From: Octopus vulgaris
Lineage: Eukaryota
DNA length: 64,000 bases
Assembly (NCBI GenBank): GCA_951406725.2
Contig: OX597823.1
Span: 72,292,001-72,356,000 of the forward strand
Direction of reading: 5' to 3'
Shown: in pieces, positions 1-13,046 of the stretch
Position numbering within the stretch: position 1 is the stretch's first letter
Layout: each line of letters begins with the position of its first letter
The notes under the pieces: generated by a model
What the model was told of the DNA's origin: nothing
Database searches by the model: none
The model's input: the letters and a program-made list of their open reading frames with translations, nothing else
Translations under genes and position numbers: made by a program

Positions 1-211
1 AACAAATTAAAAAACAGCCGGAAACTTTAGAAATACCCTACAATCTTGGCGTATTGCAAAAATCGGCATTACTTGGAACTGCACGCATATTGCGTAGAGT
101 AATGTCTGTCTGAGATCCTTGTTGTAACTTCACGAACAAACCTCCGGTAGACAATACCTTGAATCAACACAATCAGCAACATCACGATACGGGATACTGT
201 GCAACGCCTTA
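1..211 (+). mobile_element. 3' end of R4/Dong-like RLE non-LTR retrotransposon (family A)
   Basis: Encodes ...LQKSALLGTARILRRVMSV* (stop near 114), then a ~100 bp 3' UTR running directly into (TAA)n. Confidence 0.8.
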
Positions 212-212
212 C

Positions 213-252
<40 letters not shown>

Positions 253-255
<3 letters not shown>

Positions 256-1233
256 GAAATCATACCACCTAATAAACATGAAGAAGAAGAAGATGAAGAA
301 ACAACAAAAGCTATAAAACAAATGAAATCCAAACTAAAAATAGAACAGCAACGAACCATGATAAAACGATGGCAAGAAAAGCCCCTTCATGGTAAATACT
401 GCACTAAACTAAACGCAAAAGAAATAGACAAAGAAAAATCCCAGCAATGGTTGAGAAGCTCAGGACTCAAAGCAGAAACAGAGGGATTTTTAATTGCAGC
501 ACAAGACCAAAGCCTCCCCACCAGAAATTACCAAAAACATGTAATGAAAAGAAATATTACAAGTAACTGCAGAATATGTGGAGATGGACAAGAAACAATA
601 AATCATATTATCTCTAGCTGCCCAGTCCTGGCTAAGAAGGAATATATTCACAGACATGACAGAGTTGGAACCTACATACATTGGAAGCTATGTCAACATT
701 ATGGAATAACAACAGAAAAAAGATGGTATTGGCACACACCAGAAAAGGTCACAGAAAGCGAGAAAGCAGCCATACTCTGGGATATGCCGATACACACAGA
801 TAGAGAAATTAAGGCCAACAGACCAGATATAGTTGTCAGAGATCATGAAGAAAAAAATGCTTTCTAATTGATGTATCAATACCGGCAGATGACAACGTGT
901 CTCTAAAAGAAATGGAGAAACTCTCAAAATACAAAGACCTGGAAATAGAGGTAACTAGAATGTGGAATCTAAAAACAGAAACAATTCCTATCATAGTAGG
1001 TGCATTAGGCATGATAAAAAAAGATTCAGACAAATACATAACAAAAACACCAGGACTTACAAACACATATAACATACAGAAAATTGCACTACTAGGCACT
1101 GCACACATCCTACGCAGAACACTTTCCATACAATAACCATCAGAGCATCACAACAAATCACAGCACATACCCAAGGCACACAGAGCTGCGCTCGGTAGTG
1201 AAGTGAAAGCACGCTATAAAAATAAAACTACTG
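253..1233 (+). mobile_element. 5'-truncated R4/Dong-like retrotransposon (family B, copy 1): CCHC finger plus RLE endonuclease
   Basis: ORFs 322-867 and 897-1136 contain CRICG...HIISSC, RHD, RPDIV, KLSKYKDL and ALLGTAHILRRTL. Flanked on both sides by (TAA)n, with one frameshift in an A-run near 851-857. Confidence 0.9.
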
Positions 1234-1252
1234 AATAATAATAATAATAATG

Positions 1253-2693
<1,441 letters not shown>

Positions 2694-2699
2694 ATGATG

Positions 2700-2771
<72 letters not shown>

Positions 2772-2875
2772 TAAAAATTAAAATAAGAGTGCCATAGTCA
2801 TCTAGTGAACGATATTTCGACATCTTGTGTGTCTTCAAGTTAAAAAAATAAATTTGTCAATCTACTTCATTTTGG

Positions 2876-3045
2876 TTAATATATGAAGGATTGAGGTAAC
2901 TCCTCCTGAAGATATAGAGTCAAAATTAAAAGAAGTGTACCATTGTCATTTATTGAACGATATTTCACTAGATGACAATGGCACTCATCTTTTAATTTTG
3001 ACTCTACATCTTCTGGAGGAGTTACCTCAGTCCTTTATATATTAA
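2876..3045. repeat. ~170 bp fold-back palindrome, with a partial extra copy of the left arm at 2773-2818
   Basis: 2876-2957 is the reverse complement of 2964-3045 with a few mismatches. Confidence 0.9.
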
Positions 3046-3065
3046 TAATAATAGTAGTAATAATA

Positions 3066-3746
3066 ATGATAGCAGCAAGTATGTCAGGCTTGTGTAGGAT
3101 GAAAGATTGCAAAGATAAAGCACTGTACAGGAAATTGAAAACGAATGAAACGGAAAATAGGTGGGTAAAGAAAAGAATGCGTGGTCAATTTCATAAGGAT
3201 GTTGAAGCTAAGACTGAGGGGAAAAAAAGATGGCTGTGGATGGATAAAAGTGATTTAAAACCGGAAACGGAGGCTGTAATCTGTGCTGCCCAAGAGCAAG
3301 CACTAAGAACAAACTATATTATATACAGAACAGACAACACACCAGAAAGTGATAAATGCAGAATCTGTGGACAATATTGTGGAACCGTATGGCTAGATCA
3401 TAGATATAGCATGCACAGCTGACAACATGGTATGCGATAAGGAAGAAAGGAAAGTCGAGAGATATGACAGGTTAGCTTGGGAAGTTAAGCAGTTATGTTT
3501 GATGAAAAAGGTAGCAGTAGTACCAATAAGTGTCGGAGCCCTAGGAGGTGTGAGCAAAAATCTCGAGAAGTACGTGGAACAAATAGGGGCTGCAATAAGG
3601 GCGGAGCACTTGCAGAAAGCAGCACTGCTTGGAATCGCTCGAATACTCTGGAAGATGCTCCAAAAATAAGAGGTGTTACCTTAGTTCTCCGGTAGGAACA
3701 GCTGATACCGTAGTATATCTCCAGCGTTAGAAGCTGTGCAAAGGCA
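3066..3746 (+). mobile_element. Internally deleted R4/Dong-like retrotransposon 3' fragment (family C)
   Basis: LKPETEAVICAAQEQALRTN, CRICG, VVPISVGALG and LQKAALLGIARIL, then a 3' UTR followed by degenerate TAA/TAG repeats. Confidence 0.85.
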
Positions 3747-3812
3747 ATGATATTAATAATAATATTAATAATAATGATAATAGTAGTATCAGTAGTAGTA
3801 GTAGTGATAGTT

Positions 3813-3860
<48 letters not shown>

Positions 3861-4082
3861 ATAATAATAACAACAACAATGATGATGATTATGAAAATAA
3901 TAGAATTTATATTCAAATATATATACGGATGTATATGCAAATGTATGTATATATGTTTGTATACATATATATGTAGATATATGAATTTATCAATTTTTAT
4001 GTGTGTATATGTATGTTTGTGTGTACGTGTGTGTACATGCATGTACATATATGTATACACACTTACATGCATACAAACACAC

Positions 4083-4131
<49 letters not shown>

Positions 4132-4209
4132 GAGAGAGAGAAAGAATGAGAAAGAAATGTGCAGTTGTAGAAAGAATATGAATATGTTGGGTGGAGACAC
4201 AGAGCTTAC

Positions 4210-4391
4210 ATTTACACAATGTTCAAGCAACTTCCTGGCTTTTTGTTCGTCGGTGTCTTTGAAGTTAGATATAGGTACAGATCGATAGCTGAATAATTTT
4301 TTTATCAAGCTAGAGTATACTCGACTATAATAGATCTGAGATGTTATTGATCTAATCTGTTGAAGTTTTCTATTTTCAACTGACAGCATCT
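4210..4391 (-). CDS. Possible host exon, unidentified
   Basis: Non-repetitive open frame MLSVENRKLQQ...RKLLEHCVN ending at a GTAAGC donor-like site. The acceptor is weak and no homology was recognised. Confidence 0.25.
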
Positions 4392-4601
4392 CTTAACATA
4401 AACTAAAACTATAATGTGACGCCATATTTACACTGAGAAAAGAGATTACAGAAATTTCTGAAAGTGATAGCGATAGAGACTGAGTGAGATTGTATTTTTA
4501 CGGAAAATACACACAAATACAAAATATCACATACACACACACACACAAATACACACACATGTACGCATACATATCTTGCTTGCGCACACATGCTCTGTGG
4601 G

Positions 4602-4668
<67 letters not shown>

Positions 4669-4770
4669 CATATATACATACATATATATATATATATATA
4701 GACACTTACATACTCAATATTAAAGCACCCATTCGCATGAGCAAAAAGACGATGAGTATATTGATAATAC

Positions 4771-4807
<37 letters not shown>

Positions 4808-4904
4808 AATAAAGATTAAAAAGATTTGAATGGTACAATAATGCACTATAATATAGACAATGATCTATATACCTGTTGTAATTTAGTCATCCATAGTCTG
4901 ATTT

Positions 4905-5127
4905 AGATTAGGAATAATTAAAAAAAACATTCAAATACATAACCAAAATACCAAGACTTATACAACGTACAGAAAATACCACTACTAGGCAACGCGCATA
5001 TCCTACTTAAAGAAATTTCAGTACAGTGAAAATAAGAGCACCACAACAAACCACAGCACATACCTCAGGCACACAGAGGTGCACTCGGTAGTGTAGTGAA
5101 AGCATGTGATAAAAATAAGACTGCTGA
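4905..5127 (+). mobile_element. Old diverged 3' end of R4/Dong family B
   Basis: Aligns with 1005-1233, including the 3' UTR CACAGCACATACC...CTCGGTAGTG, and is followed by a TAA-like repeat. Confidence 0.8.
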
Positions 5128-5167
5128 ATAATGATAGTAATATCATAATCATAATAATAATAATACT

Positions 5168-5358
5168 TTCTACTAACAGCACAAGGCCTGAAAATTTTTA
5201 ATTCGATTACATTGACCCCAGAGCATGACTGGTACTTATTTTACCGATCTCGAAAGGATTAAAGATGAAGTCGACAACGGCGGAATTTGAATTCATAACG
5301 TAAAGATGAACGAAATGCCGCTAAGCATTTTACCCATCCTGTTAGCGATTCTGCAAGC
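5168..5358 (-). mobile_element. tRNA-derived SINE, same family as 38272-38503
   Basis: Reverse complement contains TTCAAATTCCGCCG..GTCGACTT...ATCCTTTCGAGATCGGTAAAATAAGTACCAGT. Confidence 0.75.
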
Positions 5359-5438
<80 letters not shown>

Positions 5439-5487
5439 GTACTACTACTACTACTACTACTACGACTACTACTACTACTACTACTAC

Positions 5488-5522
<35 letters not shown>

Positions 5523-5554
5523 GTAATAATAGTAATAATAATAATAATAACAAC

Positions 5555-6612
5555 AACAAAAGCACTCAGAGAGCGCAAACTTCCGCCATGGCAACACCAA
5601 TTTCCTCTCAACGAGTGGCCGTAGATGATGTTTAAAATGAAAATATCTGAAATAACCTCGACTGCTCTCACAAACGAGAATACTAAAAATGAACCTGATC
5701 GCTCTCAAAAATTAAGTAAAAAAAAAACCCGGAAAAATAGTCCAGAATCCTTGTCCTGTATCTGATCGATTCCAATGGTATTCATGGAATGTAAAGGTGG
5801 GTGTGCGGGCGGTGTTTGTAATGCTGTGTGTGTGCGTTGTCTGCAGTGGGAACAGAGAGAGTTTTCTCTATGAAGGCCTTTTTTATTCTATCCACTGATA
5901 CAGTGTCTTTACGACTATTAAGCTCTATATTTAAAAACTTATCCGTGCATGAAAGAAAATGGAAAGGACTCGCATACGGTGCTGTTAATTGAGGTTTAAC
6001 ACCATCGTTGTGCACAAAAACGTGAGTCCAAGAAGTAAAATTTCCTTCAAAGCAGAGCTAGAAATGTAAGTGTCAAGGAGGCAAGAGGTTTTAAACAGGA
6101 GCGATATATTCAAAACTGGTAAAACTAAAAATTGTTGAGAATAAATCAAATTTATCATTGTTACTGAAAATGTTAGTGTTATTTAATTTCTGAACGGTTT
6201 TGCTACTGTTTGTTTATATAGTTTATGTTCTTTATCTATCAGTTTCTAAAAAGGCAGAAACGCGAGTAAAATTAATAATAATGAAACGAAAATAAAACTT
6301 AGGAAACAGCAACGCCGCCATAATTTACGTGGAAACCACGTACGCGCTTGAAAGGGAGATAATGAGAGATACTGAGAGAAGTGAACGTAAGATTGTAATA
6401 CTTCATATAAAGTGAAGTAAATATAATGAATAATCCAGAATCCGCGTCCGGTATCAGATCGATCCCAAAATCTAACCAGTTCGTCCCAGTTACGAGGCCA
6501 AACATTCCTGAAAGTTTCATCCGAATCCATTCGGCAGTTCTTGAGATATCTTGTCCACGGACAAACAGATACGATTAAAAACAATACCTTCGCCTTCGCT
6601 AAGGCGGAGTTC
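5555..6612 (+). mobile_element. Helentron/DINE-1-like (HINE) non-autonomous element, interrupted
   Basis: 5' end AACAAAAGCACTCAGAGAGCGCAAACTTCCGCC and 3' part AAGTTTCATCC...GATATCTTG...ACAAACAGA...CCTTCGCC..GGCGGAG hairpin. The segment TCCAGAATCC..GATCGAT occurs on both sides of the interruption (5741 and 6433). Confidence 0.6.
5860..6030 (-). mobile_element. Ty3/Gypsy integrase C-terminal (GPY/F) fragment
   Basis: THVFVHNDGVKPQLTAPYASPF...KDTVSVDRIKKAF resembles the HVFVR..PLxxPYxGP(F/Y)...DTVSIDRLKPA tail of Gypsy integrases. Confidence 0.75.
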
Positions 6613-6619
6613 ATAATAA

Positions 6620-8730
6620 AATGCAATAAACACAAGATGCAACTCTTCCCCCGAGAAAAGGTATTTAGTCAAAGAGAAAGGACTTAAGACAATAATAGAA
6701 GAGTTGAAACAGCGTATCATAGCAGAAACAGAGAAGCTCTCCAGATATCAGAAAAGAATAGATCAGAATCAACAGTTCAGATTATTTGAGACAAACCAGA
6801 GGAGATCTTATAACCAAATAAATTGTTGAGAACGAAGCACTGAAGATGAGAAAACTAATGCAGAGGAAGCAAAAAGGTTCTGGAGTAATATTTGGGATCA
6901 TAATGGAGATGCAGTATGGTTAAAGAACGTGAGAGAATAAGTAGCAAGTGAGGAGCAGCCAAATCTAAGATTAACTAGTGCATTAATGAGTAAAGCCTTA
7001 GGAGAAATGCTGAATTGGAAGGGCCTAGGACTACATTTAGTTCAAGGGTACTGGCTAAAGAAATTTAGTAGTTTACATGGGAGGCTGAGGGAACAACTTC
7101 AGGATTGCTTTAATGAAGGAAGAATGCCAGAGTGGATTACTAGGGGGAGGACAATACACATTATGAAGGATAAGAGCAAGAGTAATACAGCTAGCAACAA
7201 TAGACCAATCAATTGCTTACCATTAGTGTGGAAGCTGTTAACAGGAATGCTTTCAGAGAGCATTTACGAGCAGGTTGGCAACCAGAATTTGCTACCAGAA
7301 GAACAGAAAGGTTGCAGGAAGAAGTCTAGAGGAACGCATGATCTATTATATATAGACAAAGCAGTTCAAACTGAAGTAAAAGCTGGAAAGAAGAATCTAA
7401 CAATAGCATGGATAGATTATAGGAAAGCCTGTGACATGAGTAAAGCAGACAACATTAGAGAATTAATTAGCTTAGCTGAGCAAGAAGAAATGGAAAGTAG
7501 ATCTATAGTCAGGTTACACACTCTTAGGGTAAGTTAATAAATCAAAAGAAGATTTTTTCAAGGGGTCACGCTGCCCCCTTTAATATTTGTCTTACGTTTG
7601 ATCTCCCTCAGTTTAGTATTCATGAAGGTGAAGACATGGTATCAGTTGAGAAATAGTAAGGAAAAAATTAACCATTTGCTATACATGGATGATCTGACAT
7701 TGTTTTTAGTAAGAGTGAGAAAGAGATAGTCATTCAGCAAAGATATTGGCATAGATAAGTGTGCAATATTAGTCATGAGAAGGGGACGATCTGAAAGCAT
7801 TCTAATAAGAATGAAAAAGAGATAGATTCCTTAATACAGACTGTAAGACTTTTCAGCAAAGATATAGGCATGGAATTTGGCATAGATAAGTGTGCAATAT
7901 TAGTCATGAGAATGGGATAAGTAGTCAAGAGCGAAGGCATCCAATTACCAGTTGGCCAGACATTAAAATCGTTGACAGTTAGAGAGAGTCGTAAATATCT
8001 AGGAGTATTGGAATCTGACGGAGTACTAACTACAGAAATGAAAACGAAAATTGAGGAGTACATCCGAAGGATGAGAAAGCTAATGAAGTCAAAGCTAAAT
8101 GGTCTGAAACTACTGAAGGCTGTAAATACTTGGGCAGTATCATTACTTAGATACTTGGCAGCTTTTGTAGATTGGACAAAAACTGAATTAGCAAAGTTAA
8201 ACAGAAGAACTAGGAAGGAATTCAATATGAGTGGAAGACTTCCCCCAAGAGCAGGAGTAGCAAGATTATACCTAGCTCATAAGGAAGGTGGAGGAGGGTT
8301 AATATCAGTGGAAGACTGTGTGGAGCTAGCTAGAGTATATATAGACTCAAATGTAGGTAATAGCGAAGAAAGTTTATTAAACGCTGCTAGAATCACAGGA
8401 AAACATAGGGAAACCAAAACACCAAACGAACTTGAAATCCAGAAAAAAAGGAACAAAAATTATCTGACTGGCAGGAGAAGGCGTCGCATGGTAGATTCCC
8501 AAATATAGTTTCAGCAAATAGTAGTAGTGAGACATGGTTATGGTTGTAGAAGGGAAAGCTGAAGAGAAGGACAGAAAGTTTGTTAGTAGCTGCAGAATAT
8601 CAAACATTAAGGACTAATTAGATAAACGCTAAAATAATAAAAAAAAACCAAGTAGATTCCCAGTGTAGATTATGCAAATCAAAAGAGGAAAGTGTTATTC
8701 ATATTAAAGGTGTATGTAGCATTTACACTT
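6620..8730 (+). mobile_element. Decayed R4/Dong-like retrotransposon: RT domain through CCHC
   Basis: NNRPINCLP, EEQKGC, AWIDYRKACD, NHLLYMDDL (~7670-7697), FSKDIGMEFGIDKC, KYLGV, RLYL..KEGGGGL and CRLC...H...C, with many stops and frameshifts. Confidence 0.9.
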
Positions 8731-8754
8731 TTAATATGAATACAAGAAAAGAAT

Positions 8755-9124
8755 GAGCACCGCCTTTAGTCGAAAATATCGACGACAGGACTTATTATCT
8801 GTAAGCCGAGTACTTATTCTATCGGTCTCTTTGACGAACCGCTTGGTTACGAGGAAGGAATCACACCATCGGTAGTCAAGCGATGCTGGGGGTGGGGGAC
8901 AAACACAGATACACAAATACACATACACACACACACACACATACACATATATATGTACACGACGGGCTTCTTTCAGTCTCCGTCCACCAAATCCACTCAG
9001 GAGGCTTTGGTCGGCCCGAGGCTATAGTAGAAGACACGTGCCCAAGGAGCCACAAAGTGAGACTGAACCCGGAACAATGTGGTTGCTAAGCAAACTACTT
9101 ACCACACAACCACTACTCCTACGC
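8755..9124 (-). mobile_element. tRNA-derived CORE-type SINE (octopus OK/OR-like) with internal microsatellite
   Basis: Reverse complement has a tRNA head with GGTTCAGTC B-box, CTTGGGCA..TGTCTTCTACTATAGCCTCGGGCCGACCAAAGCC, and a tail ending ACTAAAGGCGGTGCT. Confidence 0.8.
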
Positions 9125-9217
9125 CTATATCATATATATGTATGTATATGTATATCTACGTATATGTGTGTATATATATGTAAATTTATGTTTATATATG
9201 TATATATATAAATTTAT

Positions 9218-9301
<84 letters not shown>

Positions 9302-9334
9302 GTTTGTATGTATGTGTGTGTGACTATGTGAAAT

Positions 9335-10170
9335 AACCTAAACGACCATCAAGCTAATTTCGAGGAAAATCCTATAATTAGACTGATTTGCCCTTCTAAA
9401 TTTGAAAATGACTGAGTGAGTAAAAAATCCTAGATCGTATTATTCCTTCTTTAAAATCAATATTTTCTCTTAATCTTTAGACTCGTTCTTGATACGTAAT
9501 AGACTGGTTTGTCAGCTTAAGGGAAAAAAGAATATAAAACTTTTATAATTTTATATCAATAACTATTTTTCATCAATTAATCCTATTCTTCTTAACAAAC
9601 ACTGATCTTAACAAAAAACTAAATTGATGTAATTCTACATACCAGAAAAAAACAAAAAAAAATATTATTAAATTTAAAAATAAACTATGGACTGGGAAAA
9701 ATAGACCTGACAGCTTCGATATCAGTATGCGATCTAGTATCTCTGCAGAAGTCACAGCCCTTGTAGAATTGTATTTATCATATAATGTAAGAGAGCAACT
9801 TCCTTCTAGTAAAGGAGGTCAATATAGAGACGATTCTCTCTTGTTTGATTTTATAAATATATTAATTTAGAAATTGAGCGTAACACAAAAGGAATCATTA
9901 CATTCTTTTAAAATGTCGTGCTCTCGATCTTGGTTCAAAGCGTAAAATAGCTGATTTAATAGATGTCTCTTTTAGTTTGAACTCTGGTTCATATAAACGG
10001 TGTAACAAAATTAGTGAAAATCTTCATTACATATACAAAATTCCAAATTATCGACGTGTAACAATAAATTCGATTTTAAATGGCATTTCACAGCGTATTT
10101 CTAGAATTGCAACCAACAAAAATATTTTTCTTGTAATTCCTGTAATTACAAGCAGTTACCGTGGAGAATA
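9335..10170 (+). mobile_element. Decayed Penelope-like RT (Neptune-like)
   Basis: DHQANFEENPIIRLICPSK, FDISMRSSISAEVTALVELYL (cf. FDVTMGSYDGAE..ELVGLY) and GGQYRDDSL (cf. GLYRDDGL), heavily frameshifted. Confidence 0.7.
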
Positions 10171-10785
10171 AATCTCTCTTATGGTAAAAAGGTGTAGAAA
10201 CACCGGCTCTTTCAGTGTCGCCCTCTATTAGGAATCTCAGACATCGATGTTTCCGGCTATAAGATTTACCAAAGGGAAGCAACTCTGAAAGAACTTAGAA
10301 AGCTATATAGCTTTATGCATAATCCAGTCAATTCGCGTTAGTGCGAAGCAGTGTTTAGGTATGAGCAGAATTTAGATAAGTTGAAATATATCATAAGGCA
10401 AACACACTGCATCGATGTCTGAGATACCTAAGAAAGGGCGACACTGAACGAACCAGTGTTTACCTTGCTCGGGCGATCTACTAGCGTAAGCCAGTCAATG
10501 TTTTGACTGCATTATACATAAAGCTATAGCTTTCTAAGTTAATTGAGAGTTGGCTCTCATATGCACATATATGTGTATGTATGTATAGTTATGTCGGTAT
10601 GTGTGCATATAAATGTATTTATATTTGTGCGTATGTGTATGTTTGTGTGGTGTGTGTGTGTGTGTGCATTTGAGTGTAGTGTGTGCACATAAGTATTTCT
10701 TGCGTGTGAATATAAAAATATGAGTGTTTCTCATACATACACATATAAGTATGTATGAATATCTGTAAGAATATATATCTGTATA

Positions 10786-11287
10786 TCTATATATATAAAA
10801 CTGAGAATGCGTGTCTGTCTGTCTGCCTGTGTGAATCCCTAAAACTTGAGAACTACACAACCAATTTCATTCAAATTTTACACATGCCTTACTTAGAGTC
10901 CATGAAGTGTCATGGGCAAAAAAGTTTTAACTTCACGTCTAGAGCGAGCTCAGAGCAATATCATATCTTCTCCACTATTTCAGTATTACGTGTTAAAAGT
11001 GAAACAAAAACATCTCTCTATTGTAATGTCAGATGCTTTCACTTTAATAGTTTCACTGTAATACTGAAACTATTAAAGTGAAACTATTATATAAGAGGGG
11101 TGCACTGTTAGTGGACATCCATTTTGTTAGAAGATCCGCTATGGTCTTACCACTAACAAAGGTATGGTAAGACCATAGCGGATCTTCTTTTAGCATAATG
11201 GATGCCCACTTACAGGTCATCCGTCTTGTATGTATGTAATATAATATTTTCTGAAACTTCAGATTTTTCAATATGCTAGACCACTAG
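10786..11287 (+). mobile_element. Non-autonomous Helitron-like element
   Basis: A|TCTATATATATAAAA 5' end followed by (GTCT)n, and a CTAG|T 3' end. Contains a long internal hairpin at 11105-11216. Confidence 0.65.
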
Positions 11288-11353
11288 TTTTAAATTGATA
11301 TTAATCAAATTAATATTCAATTTTTCACCCTTATTATTTTAAATTTAAATTTA

Positions 11354-11412
<59 letters not shown>

Positions 11413-11415
11413 ATG

Positions 11416-11470
<55 letters not shown>

Positions 11471-11531
11471 ATATGTATATATGTATAGGTATAGGTGTAT
11501 TTCTATAGATATAGATGTATATGTATATGTG

Positions 11532-11567
<36 letters not shown>

Positions 11568-11661
11568 TGTGCATGTAATATGTACGCATATATATACACA
11601 CATATATTCATGCATACATATATGCACCCATACACACATACACACACACACATACATAGTT

Positions 11662-12280
11662 GCAGGTGTGGCTGTGTGTTAATAAACTTCGTTCTAAAAC
11701 ACATGGTCCTGGGTTTAGTCCCACTGTGTGGTGACTTGGCATGTGTCTTCTGCTATAGCCTCACATCAACCAAAGCCTTGTCAGTGGATTTTGTAGACAG
11801 AAACTGAAAGAAATCAATCGTATATATATGTATCTACATATGTAAGTCTATGTGTGTCTTTGTTTTTCTCCCTAATCACTGCTTCACAACTGCTCCATAA
11901 CTTATTGCTTTCACAAGATGAAACTGATAGAATAAGTACCAGGCTTATCAAAATAAAAAAAACACTAGGTAGTGTCTTATATTTTTGTTTGCCCACTCAG
12001 TTGTATCTATCAATGTATGTGTGTGTGTGTGTGTGTGTATGGATTTCGTAGACAGAAACTCAAAGAAATCAATCGTATATATATGTAAGTGTATGTGTGT
12101 GGCTTTGTTTCTGTGTCTCGCCCTCATCACTGCTTCACAACTGCTGTTTGTTTATTTACATCCTCATAACTTACTGGTTTCACAGAAGAAACTAATAGAA
12201 TAAGTAGCAGGCTTATCAAGATTAAATAAAGTACTAGGCTGTGTCTCATATTTTTGTTTGCTCACTCAGTTGTATCTACC
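11662..12280 (+). mobile_element. CORE-type tRNA SINE with tandemly duplicated 3' half
   Basis: Head GCAGGTGTGGCTGTGTG...GGTTTAGTCCCACTG. 11785-12010 is repeated at 12040-12280. Confidence 0.75.
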
Positions 12281-12290
12281 AATTTATCTT

Positions 12291-12323
<33 letters not shown>

Positions 12324-12369
12324 TTTATATATATATATAATACACACACACGCACACACACACACACAC

Positions 12370-12458
<89 letters not shown>

Positions 12459-13012
12459 ATATGTGCACATTCACGGAAATTAAATGTAGATGAAAACGAT
12501 TTAAACACAATAAAGTTCATTCAGATTGTTATAATTACTTTTGAGATATTTGACAGTATACAAACCAAAGCAGTAAATGACCTACAAGATACAAACTGGC
12601 TGAAGTAGTGGTGCTAGTATAAATCGTAGCAGTATCTTTTCCAGCAGCCTGACATCACTGTAAGTGACAAATTCAACATAACTATAATCGACATTATAGA
12701 CAACAAATATTGCAGTTGATAACGAGACAAATATGGCAGACATTAATTTGTTTGAATTGGATTGTACGCTGTCTTTAAATTTGACAGCTTTTAAGGCAAA
12801 GAGTAATGAAATGTATTGCTAAGGAGAGTGGAGGCAAAGCCAATGGTAATACTCTTTTACTTCGATTTGATAAATTCTGTTTCCTTAGCACTGTTTCCAA
12901 ACAATCGGTGTAATTATTTTGAAATAAAATATATATTTATATTGTACTCACACACGCACTCACATTCACACATACATACATACATACATACATACATACA
13001 TACATACATACA

Positions 13013-13046
<34 letters not shown>

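Noticed and set aside
7712-7915. Duplicated FSKDIG..DKCAILV segment in the RT
   Set aside because: An ordinary local tandem duplication/deletion in a dead element.
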